This document shows, in pieces, positions 36,672-48,416 of a stretch of 64,000 bases of DNA. The DNA is taken from the NCBI GenBank assembly GCA_041737355.1, contig JBGSRW010000008.1, positions 191,061-255,060 on the forward strand, given 5' to 3'. The DNA comes from Patescibacteria group bacterium. Lineage in GTDB: Bacteria; Patescibacteriota; Patescibacteriia; XYB2-FULL-38-15. The notes beneath the pieces were generated by a model. It did no database searches and was not told the origin of the DNA. It saw only the letters and a list, made by a program, of their open reading frames with translations. Numbering within the stretch: the stretch's first letter is position 1; every line of letters begins with the position of its first letter. The position numbers were made by a program, and so were the translations under genes.

Positions 36672-37523
36672 ATGACCAACCTCGAAGCCATTAATTGGGC
36701 AACTGGAAAATTAAAGAAAAATAAAATTACCTCTCCAGCTCTCGACGCCGAGATTCTTTTAGCTTTGGCTATAAAGAAACCAAAAGAATTTTTCTTTTCC
36801 CATCCGGAAAGAAAATTAACCGCTAGCCAGTTGGCTAAATTTAAAAAAATAATCGCGCGCCGCGCCAAACATGAACCGACCGCCTATATTATCGGCCAAA
36901 AATGTTTCTACGGCTTAGATTTTTTTGTCGATAAAAATGTCTTAATCCCCCGCCCGGAAACCGAAATGCTGGTTGAAAACATAATAAATCAAAAACTATC
37001 CGCCATTATTGACGTCGGCACGGGCAGCGGCGCCATTGCTATTTCACTCGCCAAAAATATTCCCGGCGCCAAAGTTTTTGCCACGGAAATTTCTCCGAGC
37101 GCGATAAAATTGGCCAAAAAAAATATTAAACACCACAAAGTGGCCGTCGAACTTTTGCGTGGTAATCTACTCGCGCCAATTTTTAAAAAAATCATTAATT
37201 TAAAATCTTTAGTCGTTGCCGCTAACCTCCCCTATTTAACTACCATTCAATGGCGCCGCACCCCGCCGGAAATAAAAAAATACGAGCCGCGGACGGCGCT
37301 TGACGGCGGCAAAGATGGACTTAAATATTATCGCAAACTTTTAGAACAAATCAAAAATTTAAAAAACGAGAATCACGAACTGCAAATCACAATCCTCTTT
37401 GAAATTGATCCCTCGCAAACCAAATCAATTGCTAAATTAATCCGCGCCATCTTTCTGGCGGCAAAAATTGAAATAAAAAAAGACCTCGCCGGACGAGATC
37501 GCTTGGTTATTTTTAAAATATAG
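36672..37523 (+). CDS. prmC: Release-factor glutamine N5-methyltransferase PrmC (HemK)
   Basis: IIDVGTGSGAIAISLA SAM-binding motif and NPPY-type motif (ANLPYL). Start taken at MTNLEAINWA, downstream of a TATAAT at about 36655. The track ORF start at 36624 spans the terminator. Confidence 0.8.
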   Translation: MTNLEAINWATGKLKKNKITSPALDAEILLALAIKKPKEFFFSHPERKLTASQLAKFKKIIARRAKHEPTAYIIGQKCFYGLDFFVDKNVLIPRPETEMLVENIINQKLSAIIDVGTGSGAIAISLAKNIPGAKVFATEISPSAIKLAKKNIKHHKVAVELLRGNLLAPIFKKIINLKSLVVAANLPYLTTIQWRRTPPEIKKYEPRTALDGGKDGLKYYRKLLEQIKNLKNENHELQITILFEIDPSQTKSIAKLIRAIFLAAKIEIKKDLAGRDRLVIFKI

Positions 37524-37527
37524 AAAA

Positions 37528-38628
37528 CTAAAATTCTATTTCCGCAACGACCGGTACAACTTCAACCCAGCTTACTCCCGGGTTGAATTTTATTTCTACC
37601 CCGGCTGAATCGTAAAATTTTGTCCGGCCGCCTTTTTCTTCCTTGCGCCATGTTCCGTCAACCCTGATTCCGTCCTGAAAAACAATTGCCTCGCCGTCTC
37701 CGACCGTATCAATTCTTTCCCGCCCGATCGCGTCTATAACCGTCATTTTGGCGAACTGGACGGCAATGTTTTTCGCCTTTACTTCCTGGCCGTCCCTGTC
37801 CTGCTGGATAACGCCGGCCTGGTATCTCAAATAGTCGTTGGCTTCGCGGTCGTATTGCCAGCCAACCTCGTACGTCTTTGTTGAAAAATAAATTTTTACA
37901 CGCCGCATATCGCTCGGCCGACCGTCAAGTTCGGTTTCAGCCTTAAATTGCCAGGCATCAAAATCTTTTTTAATCTCCCCGCTCTTATCGCCAAAAGCTT
38001 TGGCGAGCCGGTCAACCGAAGTATAAAGATTATGCGGAGCATATCTTGTTTTTGATCTCCAAAAATAGCCGCCGTTCGAAAATTCGTTTAAATCCAAAAT
38101 GTCATACTTTGAAATAGACGCAAGGGCTTCCGGACTCCCGCCCGAGTGAGCGTAGACCGCGCCGTATTCTCCAGCCCAGTCCAAAAAATATGGCCTGGCG
38201 CTGCGGACCGGACCGATTTCTGAGGCCTCGGCAGCCGCCGAATACAGGGCGAGAATTCTCGTTATGCCGCCTTCGGCCAAAGTTTCATAAACAATATTCG
38301 CCCGGGAAATTCCGGAAAGAGGCCTCGCGTCAACCATGTTTTCAATCTGAACTGCAAAAATCGGAGGATTGACTTCTTCTTCCGTATCGACTCCGACTCC
38401 GTCCAAAAGACGGTAAAAATTGAAAATCGGTTCTTGTTCCCGAATCTCGGCTTGTTTTTCATTTTCCGCCGGCTCGCGGGAAAACAAATCGAGAAACGAA
38501 GTTTTGGTCAGAAGAAAATATCCGCCGACCATGACTACGCAAATCAAAATCAAAAACAAAGAAACAACCAGCCAAACCCGGGGTTGTTTCTTAATAAAAT
38601 CAACAATTTTCTGTATTGGTGCGTACAT
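37528..38628 (-). CDS. DUF3048-domain protein (YerB-like) with N-terminal TM
   Basis: IFAVQIENMVDARPLSGISRANIVYETLAEGGITRILALY block. Start taken at MYAPIQKIV. The track ORF extends to 38760 through a K/R-rich stretch overlapping the L25 3' end. Confidence 0.55.
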   Translation of the reverse strand: MYAPIQKIVDFIKKQPRVWLVVSLFLILICVVMVGGYFLLTKTSFLDLFSREPAENEKQAEIREQEPIFNFYRLLDGVGVDTEEEVNPPIFAVQIENMVDARPLSGISRANIVYETLAEGGITRILALYSAAAEASEIGPVRSARPYFLDWAGEYGAVYAHSGGSPEALASISKYDILDLNEFSNGGYFWRSKTRYAPHNLYTSVDRLAKAFGDKSGEIKKDFDAWQFKAETELDGRPSDMRRVKIYFSTKTYEVGWQYDREANDYLRYQAGVIQQDRDGQEVKAKNIAVQFAKMTVIDAIGRERIDTVGDGEAIVFQDGIRVDGTWRKEEKGGRTKFYDSAGVEIKFNPGVSWVEVVPVVAEIEF

Positions 38629-38647
38629 TCTATTATCAATTTTCCGA

Positions 38648-39349
38648 CTATTTTTTCTCTTCTTTTTTCTCTTCTTTCTTTTCTCCCGGGGCCGCGGCTT
38701 CTTCCTCCCCTTCTTTCTTTTCTTTTTCAACAACACCGACCGCATCAACCTTCTCTTCAATCGGGGTCTCGAGTTCCGCTTTCAATTGTTCCTCGGTGAG
38801 CGGAGCTTCCGCGCTTGCTACCGTCGCGTTCATATCGGAAAGAACCTTAATACCGGCGGGAATTTTCAAATCTTTAAGATGAATTCTATTTTCAAAAGTC
38901 TTGAGAACTGAAAGATCAACTTCAATCTCGTGAACCAAATCGCCCGGCAAACATTCAATTTCTATTTTGTCGACGCCTTTAATCAAAGTACCGCCAAGCT
39001 CCTTAATGGCCGGCGCCTCACCGATAAATTTGAGCAAAACTTCGGCCTTAATTTTTTCGGTCATCTTAATCTGGCGGAAATCTACATGCGACAAGTTGCC
39101 GGTCAAGGGATCGGCCTGGACCTCCTGAATCAAAACCTTTACCGGAGCGGCGCTGTCAACTTTCAAATCGATCAAAGTGCTTTCGCCGGCCTCCTTGTAA
39201 AGCTTGACAAAAGGCATGGCCTGCACGCTTAAATTCTGCGGTTTGACGTCTTTTCCGTAAACCACGGCGGGAATAAGGCCGCCCTTGCGGAGATCCTTCA
39301 CCTTTTTACCGATAATTTTTCTTGTTTGAGCTTCCAGATTTAAGGTCAT
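38648..39349 (-). CDS. rplY: 50S ribosomal protein L25 / general stress protein Ctc
   Basis: LRKGGLIPAVVYGK N-terminus, two-domain Ctc form with a K/E-rich C-terminal tail. Confidence 0.8.
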   Translation of the reverse strand: MTLNLEAQTRKIIGKKVKDLRKGGLIPAVVYGKDVKPQNLSVQAMPFVKLYKEAGESTLIDLKVDSAAPVKVLIQEVQADPLTGNLSHVDFRQIKMTEKIKAEVLLKFIGEAPAIKELGGTLIKGVDKIEIECLPGDLVHEIEVDLSVLKTFENRIHLKDLKIPAGIKVLSDMNATVASAEAPLTEEQLKAELETPIEEKVDAVGVVEKEKKEGEEEAAAPGEKKEEKKEEKK

Positions 39350-39435
39350 AAAAAATAAAAAAAATAAAGCTTAAAAACTTATGTGATTAGATTTTACCAA
39401 TAAACCGCCCCGGAAGTCAAGGCGCCGCCCCGATT

Positions 39436-40530
39436 TCAGGATCTTATGGCCACGCTTTCAAGAATACCTATCATCGCGAGATTAATAACCAGAGCGCTGC
39501 CGCCGTAGCTTAAAAAGGGCAAAGAAATCCCCGTGACCGGCGCGACTCCCACGGTCATTCCGATATTCACAAAAATTTGGATTAGAAAAACAATCGCCGT
39601 CCCGACCACGAGAAAAAGAGCGAAATTATCGCGGGTTTTTTTCGCCAGATGGACTATCCGCCAGAAAATAACGCCCCATAAACCCAATATCAGGCATGAC
39701 CCCAAAAACCCGAGCTCTTCGGCCAAAACGGCGAAAATAAAATCCGTCTGGCTTTCCGGGATAAACCTCAACTGGCTTTGCGGGCCAAAACCGATTCCTC
39801 TGCCGAAAAATTCTCCGGACCCGACGGCAATCTGTGCCTGGCTGATATTATATCCCCGGCCGAGCGGATCCCGCGACGGATCGAAAAAACTCAAAATTCT
39901 GTCCTTCTGGTAATCCTGAAAAACAAAAAACCATGACCCGGCAAGAAGCACCGCGATAACAAGAACTATAAGCGCGACATGGGACCGTTTCATTCCTATC
40001 AAAAAAAGCATGGCAAGCCAAAGGGCAAAAAGGACGAGCGCCGACCCGAAATCCGGCTGCAACAGAACCAGGACAACCAACACCGCGGAAAAAAATCCGC
40101 TGATGACAATGTGCCTGAAACGAAAAATTTCGTAAGCCCCGCGGACAAAATATCTGCTCAAAAATACTATCAGGGCGATTTTGGCGAATTCGACCGGCTG
40201 GAAATTAAACCATGAAAAACCGAACCATCCCTTGGTCCCGCGGATTACGTTTCCAAAAATCAAAACGCCAACCAAAAGCAAGGCGGCCAGACCGTAAATA
40301 AACCAGCTGTAAAACCGGAGCCATTTGTAATCCAAAACGCTCGAAGCAAAAAAAGCGATAAGGCCTATCCCGATAAAAATAAGCTGTTTTTTAAAATTCA
40401 AAAAATCCGGCACGCTCTTGTTCAGCGAGATGCTGTAAAGAGCGACCGAACTCAAAACCAAAAGAAGGAAAACGGCCCCGGCCATTACCCAGTCAAAGCG
40501 TTTTAAAAAATAAAAATATCTTGAAAACAT
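39436..40530 (-). CDS. FtsW/RodA/SpoVE-family peptidoglycan glycosyltransferase
   Basis: 364 aa, about 10 TM helices. GSGEFFGRGIGFGPQSQLRFIPESQTDFIFAVLAEELGFLG signature. Confidence 0.8.
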   Translation of the reverse strand: MFSRYFYFLKRFDWVMAGAVFLLLVLSSVALYSISLNKSVPDFLNFKKQLIFIGIGLIAFFASSVLDYKWLRFYSWFIYGLAALLLVGVLIFGNVIRGTKGWFGFSWFNFQPVEFAKIALIVFLSRYFVRGAYEIFRFRHIVISGFFSAVLVVLVLLQPDFGSALVLFALWLAMLFLIGMKRSHVALIVLVIAVLLAGSWFFVFQDYQKDRILSFFDPSRDPLGRGYNISQAQIAVGSGEFFGRGIGFGPQSQLRFIPESQTDFIFAVLAEELGFLGSCLILGLWGVIFWRIVHLAKKTRDNFALFLVVGTAIVFLIQIFVNIGMTVGVAPVTGISLPFLSYGGSALVINLAMIGILESVAIRS

Positions 40531-40602
40531 TGGATTTAAAAGCGAATTAGGAACCGAGCGGCCCGCTAATTCGCAAAATTTAATTACCCGACAATGGCCG
40601 GA

Positions 40603-41472
40603 TTAATTGACCGGCATATAAACTTTTTCGTCAAAAATATTGACTTCGGGAGTAATTTTTACGCTTGTTACGGACGGCAACGGCTCAAACCAGCTTACTT
40701 CAACCGGACGGGTTTGTCCAGAAGAAAATTCCTCAAGCGTTACATAGGTTACGCCCGCGAGCGAACTCCCCCGGTAAAGCAAAATATAGAACCCCACATC
40801 CCAAAAACCGAAGGCCGTGGCGTTCTTGGCGTTGAAAGAGGCCCGGCTTACGGTAATCGAATCGCGGACAACAGCCGGAGAAAATTTTACGTCTTCAAAA
40901 ACAAAATTAAGCCGTTCACTCTGCCAAGCGGCATAATCGGGAATTTTATGAGCGTCCACTCTTTGCCAGCGCAAATTATTTATTTCAATTTCGGCCCGGC
41001 GCGGCTTGGCCTTTGAATCGACCGCCAAATTCAGCAAAAACTTCTCTTCGTTCGGCAAAAGAAATCCGCTCTTCGTATCGAGCGCCTGGCCGTCAAGCAC
41101 GAAATTATAATCAAATTCAACGCGCCAGTTCAGATTGGTATTGGAAATTTTCGCGACCAAATCGTACTTTTCTTTTCCGCCGGAAATTATCGAGGTCTGG
41201 CCAAGACTCAAACTTGCCGGCTGGAGCTTATTTATTGCCGAGCCTCCCGATTGGGTAAGCGCCCGGAGCTCCGCTTCGAATTTCGGACCTTCTATGAAAT
41301 AATAATTTACCAGACCGTAAAGCCCATACCCTAAAAGGCCGGCGCTGATCGCGATCAAAAATCCTATTAGAATTTTCTTAAGTAATACCTTATGGGAGAC
41401 GTACCAGCTGGCGGCCTTAAGCTGCTCGTCGGAAAGATTACTAAAATTTGAGGAAGAATCCTGTGGAGCCAT
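40603..41472 (-). CDS. Hypothetical membrane-anchored protein
   Basis: 289 aa. Single N-terminal TM (LLKKILIGFLIAISAGLLGYGLYGL). Extracytoplasmic body. Confidence 0.4.
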   Translation of the reverse strand: MAPQDSSSNFSNLSDEQLKAASWYVSHKVLLKKILIGFLIAISAGLLGYGLYGLVNYYFIEGPKFEAELRALTQSGGSAINKLQPASLSLGQTSIISGGKEKYDLVAKISNTNLNWRVEFDYNFVLDGQALDTKSGFLLPNEEKFLLNLAVDSKAKPRRAEIEINNLRWQRVDAHKIPDYAAWQSERLNFVFEDVKFSPAVVRDSITVSRASFNAKNATAFGFWDVGFYILLYRGSSLAGVTYVTLEEFSSGQTRPVEVSWFEPLPSVTSVKITPEVNIFDEKVYMPVN

Positions 41473-41540
41473 AAAATTTTATAAAATTATTTTTAAACCG
41501 ACGTCTTGACAAAAAAGTTTATTTGTATTAACTTAGCCTG

Positions 41541-41738
41541 TTGGAGGTGAAAATCATGGCGCATGAAGAAAAGCCCGAGACGGGCAAAGTAGTCGTAATT
41601 CCGACGATTCCCCTGCTGCCTTCCGGCGTCTACGATATGGGAACAATCACCCGCCTTATTTCCGAAGCCGAACTCGCCAACAATCCGCCCGCGTCCGAGG
41701 AATCCAGCTCCGCCGTGCCGAAGCCAGAGGAGGACTAA
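41541..41738 (+). CDS. Small hypothetical protein
   Basis: 65-aa ORF with ggaggtgaaaatc RBS. Followed by hairpin acccgc...gcgggt plus T-run. Confidence 0.3.
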   Translation: MEVKIMAHEEKPETGKVVVIPTIPLLPSGVYDMGTITRLISEAELANNPPASEESSSAVPKPEED

Positions 41739-42625
41739 TTCGAACCCGCCTGAAAATCTCGAGCGGGTTTTTTTCTTTTTCCGGCCTGAGAAATAAAATT
41801 TAAAACTTCCATATGTTTTCTGACAATTTCTCCAATTCTCCCGCCCATCTCGTCTTCATGGTCTCCCAAAAATCTTGAAACATCGTCAAAATTCTTCAGC
41901 TTTCTGCCCTCCCCTAATAATCTGGCGCGGACTAAAACATAATTAATAAATTCCAGCAACTGTTCTTCCGCCGAGGCGAGAAAATCATATTTTTCGCCTG
42001 CGTCGCGCGCCCAATCGGATTTTTCCGCCATCAGTTTTTGCAAAGCAACCGTTTTTTCCGGCCCCAAGGCCAAAACTACGCGCGGCATCTCCGCCTTTCC
42101 CGCCTTGCCGTCCGGATCCTCAAGGTATTTTATTTCAACCATTTTCGCCTGGCTCAATTTTTCAAAAACTTTTCCGGCTTTTCTGTGTAAAACCGAAGGG
42201 TCCGCCGAAGTTGTCGCGTCAACTGCCAAATAAACGAACTTGTCAGTATCTTCGTCCAAGAAAGCCACCACGAAATCGGTGCCATTCGTAATATCGTCGT
42301 ACTCCGCGGTTTTTCGCACCGATTCAACGTTTTCGCCAAACCAGCCGCTAACTTTTATTCCTTCCATCAAAACATACTCCAAATCAACCGCCTCGCTGCT
42401 TTTTTCATGGATATAATCCGGTGATTTTTTTATCCGCCTGATTTTCTCCTCATCCTCACGAACTTCCTCGCGCGGATAAACTTTTCCGATGAAATCTTCC
42501 GGGCGAAAAGCCGAATCTCTATGGGGCCTCGCGATTTTACGGTTAAACTCTTCGTTGTTTCCAAGACCAAAAATCTTTCGCGCCTCGAGTCCGGCGAGCA
42601 TATTTCTCTCCACACTCATAATCAA
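41735..42625 (-). CDS. Hypothetical protein
   Basis: 296-aa ORF. No recognisable motifs. Confidence 0.4.
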   Translation of the reverse strand: MIMSVERNMLAGLEARKIFGLGNNEEFNRKIARPHRDSAFRPEDFIGKVYPREEVREDEEKIRRIKKSPDYIHEKSSEAVDLEYVLMEGIKVSGWFGENVESVRKTAEYDDITNGTDFVVAFLDEDTDKFVYLAVDATTSADPSVLHRKAGKVFEKLSQAKMVEIKYLEDPDGKAGKAEMPRVVLALGPEKTVALQKLMAEKSDWARDAGEKYDFLASAEEQLLEFINYVLVRARLLGEGRKLKNFDDVSRFLGDHEDEMGGRIGEIVRKHMEVLNFISQAGKRKKPARDFQAGSN

Positions 42626-42761
42626 ATATCCTTAATAATTTACGCTTTTATTATAGCAAAAAATTGAAAATAAAAAAACGGCCCCGCTTCATTTCCTTTG
42701 CCTTTTGAGCATTAGATTTGAAACGGGGCCAAGAGACCGAAAGACCAAGAGGCCGCGGAGT

Positions 42762-43395
42762 TTAGTCAGAGGGCCAAACTTCGCAGAGCCTAAGGGTCTT
42801 TTTGGGAACAGCCAGAAATCGCTCTTCCTGATCCCATCCCCCGAAGCCCGAGTGCAGGACCAAAAACCGCTTTCCCTCACCGTTCCCGCAGAGGCCCGCG
42901 AATTTGCTGCTAATGTCCGGTTTTCCTCGGCACGAACCGAGGGCCACGATCGGAAACTTCTTCTGCTCCTCCGGGAACCTCGCCCCGAGAGCAAGAAGCT
43001 CCTCAATCCTGGCGGGCCGAAGACCGCGATGCTCCATCTCCGCGAGAACCTCGTCGGTTCTCACCATCTTATCCGGCCCCGGGTAGACAAGGATGAGCTT
43101 GCGCTCGGCCTTGCCCTCGCCTGTGATGTCAAATTGGGAGAAGAGGTCTTCGCACGTGGGCTTCTCCTCGTTACAAACTGGACAGATTTCGTCGGTGATC
43201 TCCTTGTCCACCAAGTCGTAGTGGCCAGCGGCGATCATCTCAGGAAGATCGATGAAGTAATTCACTACCACCTTGAAGCTCCGGTCGGCGAACTGACCCG
43301 GATTCCGCAAGAAGACCTGAAAGGCCTCACGCGTCACCCGGCCGGACTCGATCTGGTGGTGGAGTTCGGAAATCTGCTCGATCGTCGGCTTTGCC
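42762..43395 (-). CDS. Hypothetical protein, paralog family member 2 (GC-rich cassette D)
   Basis: Start taken at MAKPTIEQ with RBS gcaaggagaaaagaaa. GHYDLVDKEIT ... RGLRPARIEELLALGARFPEEQKKFPIVALGS ... RFLAV, paralogous to 24879-25487. Confidence 0.5.
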
Positions 43396-43521
43396 ATTTT
43401 CTTTTCTCCTTGCATCTTTCGGTATTCGCCAGGGCATCCCCACATTATTGTTGGGACAGCCTTTTGATAAACCGACGAGACGCTTGCTCCGCACTCCTGG
43501 CAAAGAGTGAAGAACCTAGCT

Positions 43522-43538
43522 GAGAGAAATTCCCAGCC
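43522..43538 (-). promoter_or_regulatory. Conserved 17-nt leader motif (minus-strand GGCTGGGAATTTCTCTC), copy 2
   Basis: Identical to 25548-25564. A candidate minus-strand promoter TTGACA (43637-43642) -N17- TATTAT (43614-43619) lies upstream. Confidence 0.4.
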
Positions 43539-43658
43539 TTGTTTTGAAGGTCATAAAACCGTCAAAATAAGGCTAGAAATTCAACTTTAAAAGAACCATT
43601 TTACTAACGTTTTATAATAACAAATTTTCAATGTTTTGTCAATAGTAATTCTCGATAA

Positions 43659-45794
<2,136 letters not shown>

Positions 45795-45801
45795 AAAAAC
45801 A

Positions 45802-45853
45802 CCCCTCGCCGTATTTACCGGACGAGGGGGTTGCGCTATTTTTGCCCTATGCT
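45802..45853 (+). terminator. Candidate terminator after gyrB
   Basis: cccctcgccgtatttaccggacgagggg hairpin, T-run a few nt downstream. A tatact -10-like element follows. Confidence 0.35.
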
Positions 45854-45929
45854 ATACTATCTGTAAATAGCCCCAAGGGCTGTTTTAAAAACTCAAAAAA
45901 ACCTTTAATTACCTTTAAATACAGCTAAA

Positions 45930-46130
45930 ATGACTGTTTCCCTTACCAACAACAAACTGACAAATTATCTGCGTGAATCCTACCAGGAATTAAAAAAAGT
46001 CGTCTGGCCGACAAAGCAGGAAACCACTAACCATACTCTTCTTGTTATCGGCATCAGCCTTGGCGTCGCCGCATTTTTGGGCGCGCTCGATTTTCTCTTT
46101 ACTTGGCTTTTCACAAGCTTTGTGAAATAA
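45930..46130 (+). CDS. secE: Preprotein translocase subunit SecE
   Basis: 66 aa. LKKVVWPTKQETTNHTLLVIGISLGVAAFLGALD single-TM SecE pattern. Sits upstream of nusG, the canonical order. Confidence 0.75.
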   Translation: MTVSLTNNKLTNYLRESYQELKKVVWPTKQETTNHTLLVIGISLGVAAFLGALDFLFTWLFTSFVK

Positions 46131-46176
46131 ATCCGAAACCTTTCCGCCAAAGGCGGAAATTATATATTTTTAAACT

Positions 46177-46722
46177 ATGCCTAAACAAATAGCCCAAAGA
46201 GGAAGACTCTGGTACGCGATCCATACCTATTCCGGCTACGAGGAAAACGTCGCCCACAATTTGAAACAGAGAATCGAATCAATGGGCATGCAGGACAAAA
46301 TTTTCAGCGTCTTAATCCCGACTGAAAAGAAAATAAAAATTAAAAACGGAAAACGCCGGACGGTAATCGAGAAAATCTTCCCCGGCTATGTTCTCGTGGA
46401 AATGTTTGTCACCGACGATTCATGGTATGTCGTGCGGAACACTCCGAACGTTACCGGCTTCATCGGCACGGGAACGATTCCCACTCCCCTTTCCGAGGGA
46501 GAAATAAAACAGCTCCAGAAAAGAATGGGAGAAGAAGAACCCCAATATAAAATTGACGTCACGGTCGGCGCGCCGGTCAAAATCAACGACGGACCGTTCA
46601 AGGGTTTCGAAGGAAAAATTTCGGCTATTGATGAGGCCCGCGGCAAGGTTAAAGTACTGGTAAGCATGTTCGGCCGGGAAACCCCGGTAGAATTGGACTT
46701 TTTGCAAGTTAAAAAAATATAA
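46177..46722 (+). CDS. nusG: Transcription termination/antitermination factor NusG
   Basis: WYAIHTYSGYEENV NGN domain, C-terminal KOW (GAPVKINDGPFKGFEGKI). Confidence 0.85.
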   Translation: MPKQIAQRGRLWYAIHTYSGYEENVAHNLKQRIESMGMQDKIFSVLIPTEKKIKIKNGKRRTVIEKIFPGYVLVEMFVTDDSWYVVRNTPNVTGFIGTGTIPTPLSEGEIKQLQKRMGEEEPQYKIDVTVGAPVKINDGPFKGFEGKISAIDEARGKVKVLVSMFGRETPVELDFLQVKKI

Positions 46723-46788
46723 AATAAAATTACATTGTTATATTGCTAAATGCTTCTAGTTTAGCTCTTAACCATGTAGCGTAAAAGT

Positions 46789-47217
46789 ATGGCAAAAAAA
46801 ATTAAGACAGTAATAAAATTACAAATTCCGGCCGGTAAGGCCAACCCGGCGCCGCCGATCGGTCCGGCGCTCGGCCAGCACGGTTTGAATATCGCCGAAT
46901 TCTGTTCCAAGTTCAACGCGGCCACTTCGAAAATGGCCGGCGACATTATCCCGGCGGAAATCACCGTTTACGAAGACCGCACCTACACCTTTGTTTTAAA
47001 AACCCCTCCGGCGGCCGAACTTTTAAAAAAAGCCGCGGGGATTGAAAAAGGTTCAGGAAAACCCTTGCAGGAAAAAGTTGGCAAAGTCACCCGGGCGCAA
47101 ATCCGGGAAATTGCCGAGAAAAAAATGCCGGACCTGAACGCGAACGATATTGAAGCGGCTATGAGGATTATCGAAGGCACAGCGCGGCAAATGGGTGTGG
47201 AGGTAGTTGAAAAATAA
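46789..47217 (+). CDS. rplK: 50S ribosomal protein L11
   Basis: [26 protein letters not shown] signature. Confidence 0.9.
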   Translation: MAKKIKTVIKLQIPAGKANPAPPIGPALGQHGLNIAEFCSKFNAATSKMAGDIIPAEITVYEDRTYTFVLKTPPAAELLKKAAGIEKGSGKPLQEKVGKVTRAQIREIAEKKMPDLNANDIEAAMRIIEGTARQMGVEVVEK

Positions 47218-47229
47218 TTTTATATTCAC

Positions 47230-47670
47230 ATGGCATTCAAACTAAATTCGGTCCGGACAGTTTATTTCTACCTGATCGCCCTGATTGCCCTTATGATGAT
47301 TGTCTGGGGAACCGTTGATCTTGCGAACCTCGGCCTTACAACCTGGGTTTTTAAAAAAGCCGATAAAGCCGACGATTGGGCTCCGCCGGTTCCTTACATG
47401 GTAACCGAAGTAAAGCTTGGGGAAACTGCCGCCCGCTGCGCGGAAAAGTGCGATTTAACTGCCGACGAAAAGCTGCAGATTCAAAATTGGCTAGTTGACT
47501 ACAAAAACTGGCAGGATCAGCAAGGAGTTTTGAAGGTCGCGAGAAAACAAAAAAACGCCGTCCGGGATATTTCCATGCTCGTTGTCGCCATTCCCCTGTT
47601 CTTGTGGCATTGGAAAATGATCAGCAAGGAAATAAAAGAAGCGAAGGAAAATACTAATAAAGAAGTTTAA
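47230..47670 (+). CDS. Hypothetical small membrane protein inserted between rplK and rplA
   Basis: 146 aa. N-terminal TM (VYFYLIALIALMMIVWG) and C-terminal TM (MLVVAIPLFLW). Starts 13 nt after rplK. Confidence 0.45.
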   Translation: MAFKLNSVRTVYFYLIALIALMMIVWGTVDLANLGLTTWVFKKADKADDWAPPVPYMVTEVKLGETAARCAEKCDLTADEKLQIQNWLVDYKNWQDQQGVLKVARKQKNAVRDISMLVVAIPLFLWHWKMISKEIKEAKENTNKEV

Positions 47671-47725
47671 ATTTTAATTTCGTGGGAGACCAAATTAAAT
47701 AAGGTCGTCATTACCACAAAAACTT

Positions 47726-48403
47726 ATGCGCGGAAAACGCTATCAGGAGGCGAAAAAATCCATCGACCCTAAAAAGAGTTACTCTCTCGACGAGGCTTTG
47801 GACATGATTAAAAACGGACCTAAAGAAAAATTCGATGCCGGAGTTGAAATCCATATCAAGCTCGGCATTGATCCTAAAAAGGGCGATCAATTGGTGCGCG
47901 GCATGCTCGTTTTGCCCCATGGCATCGGCAAGACGAAAAAAATTGCCGCTTTTGTCGAACCGGCTCTGGAAAAAGAGGCAAAAGAGGCCGGCGCGGAAAT
48001 CGTCGGCGGAGAAGAATTGATTAAGGAAATCAAATCCTCGGAAAAGGCCAATTTTGAAATTGCAGTGGCAACTCCGACCATGATGCCTAAACTCGCCCAG
48101 ATCGCGAAAATCCTAGGTCCCAAAGGCTTGATGCCGAACCCGAAAACCGAAACGGTCAACCCGAATATCAAAAAAATTATCGGGGAATTAAAGAAAGGAA
48201 AAATCAACTTCAAAAACGACGACGGCGGAAACATCCATCAATTGCTTGGAAAAGTTTCCTACGATAAGGAAAAACTTCTGGCGAACCTGACCGCTTTCAT
48301 CGAAGCCGTCCGCAAGGCCAAACCGGCCGCGGCCAAGGGCGTTTACATCCAAACCGCCGTTATCTGCTCGACCATGGGTCCGGCGATTAAAATAAACTTC
48401 TAA
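47726..48403 (+). CDS. rplA: 50S ribosomal protein L1
   Basis: KRYQEAKKSIDPKKSYSLDEAL ... GPKGLMPNPKTETV signature. Confidence 0.85.
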   Translation: MRGKRYQEAKKSIDPKKSYSLDEALDMIKNGPKEKFDAGVEIHIKLGIDPKKGDQLVRGMLVLPHGIGKTKKIAAFVEPALEKEAKEAGAEIVGGEELIKEIKSSEKANFEIAVATPTMMPKLAQIAKILGPKGLMPNPKTETVNPNIKKIIGELKKGKINFKNDDGGNIHQLLGKVSYDKEKLLANLTAFIEAVRKAKPAAAKGVYIQTAVICSTMGPAIKINF

Positions 48404-48416
48404 TCTCAAAATAAAT

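Noticed and set aside
42679-42730. Hairpin ggccccg...cggggcc downstream of the cassette D gene as a terminator
   Set aside because: The loop is about 38 nt, too large for a confident intrinsic terminator. Left as a possibility only.
42705-43523. 272-aa + strand ORF antisense to the cassette D paralog
   Set aside because: Same reasoning. The product is Arg/Leu/Pro-rich low-complexity. The minus-strand gene is supported by paralogy and an RBS.
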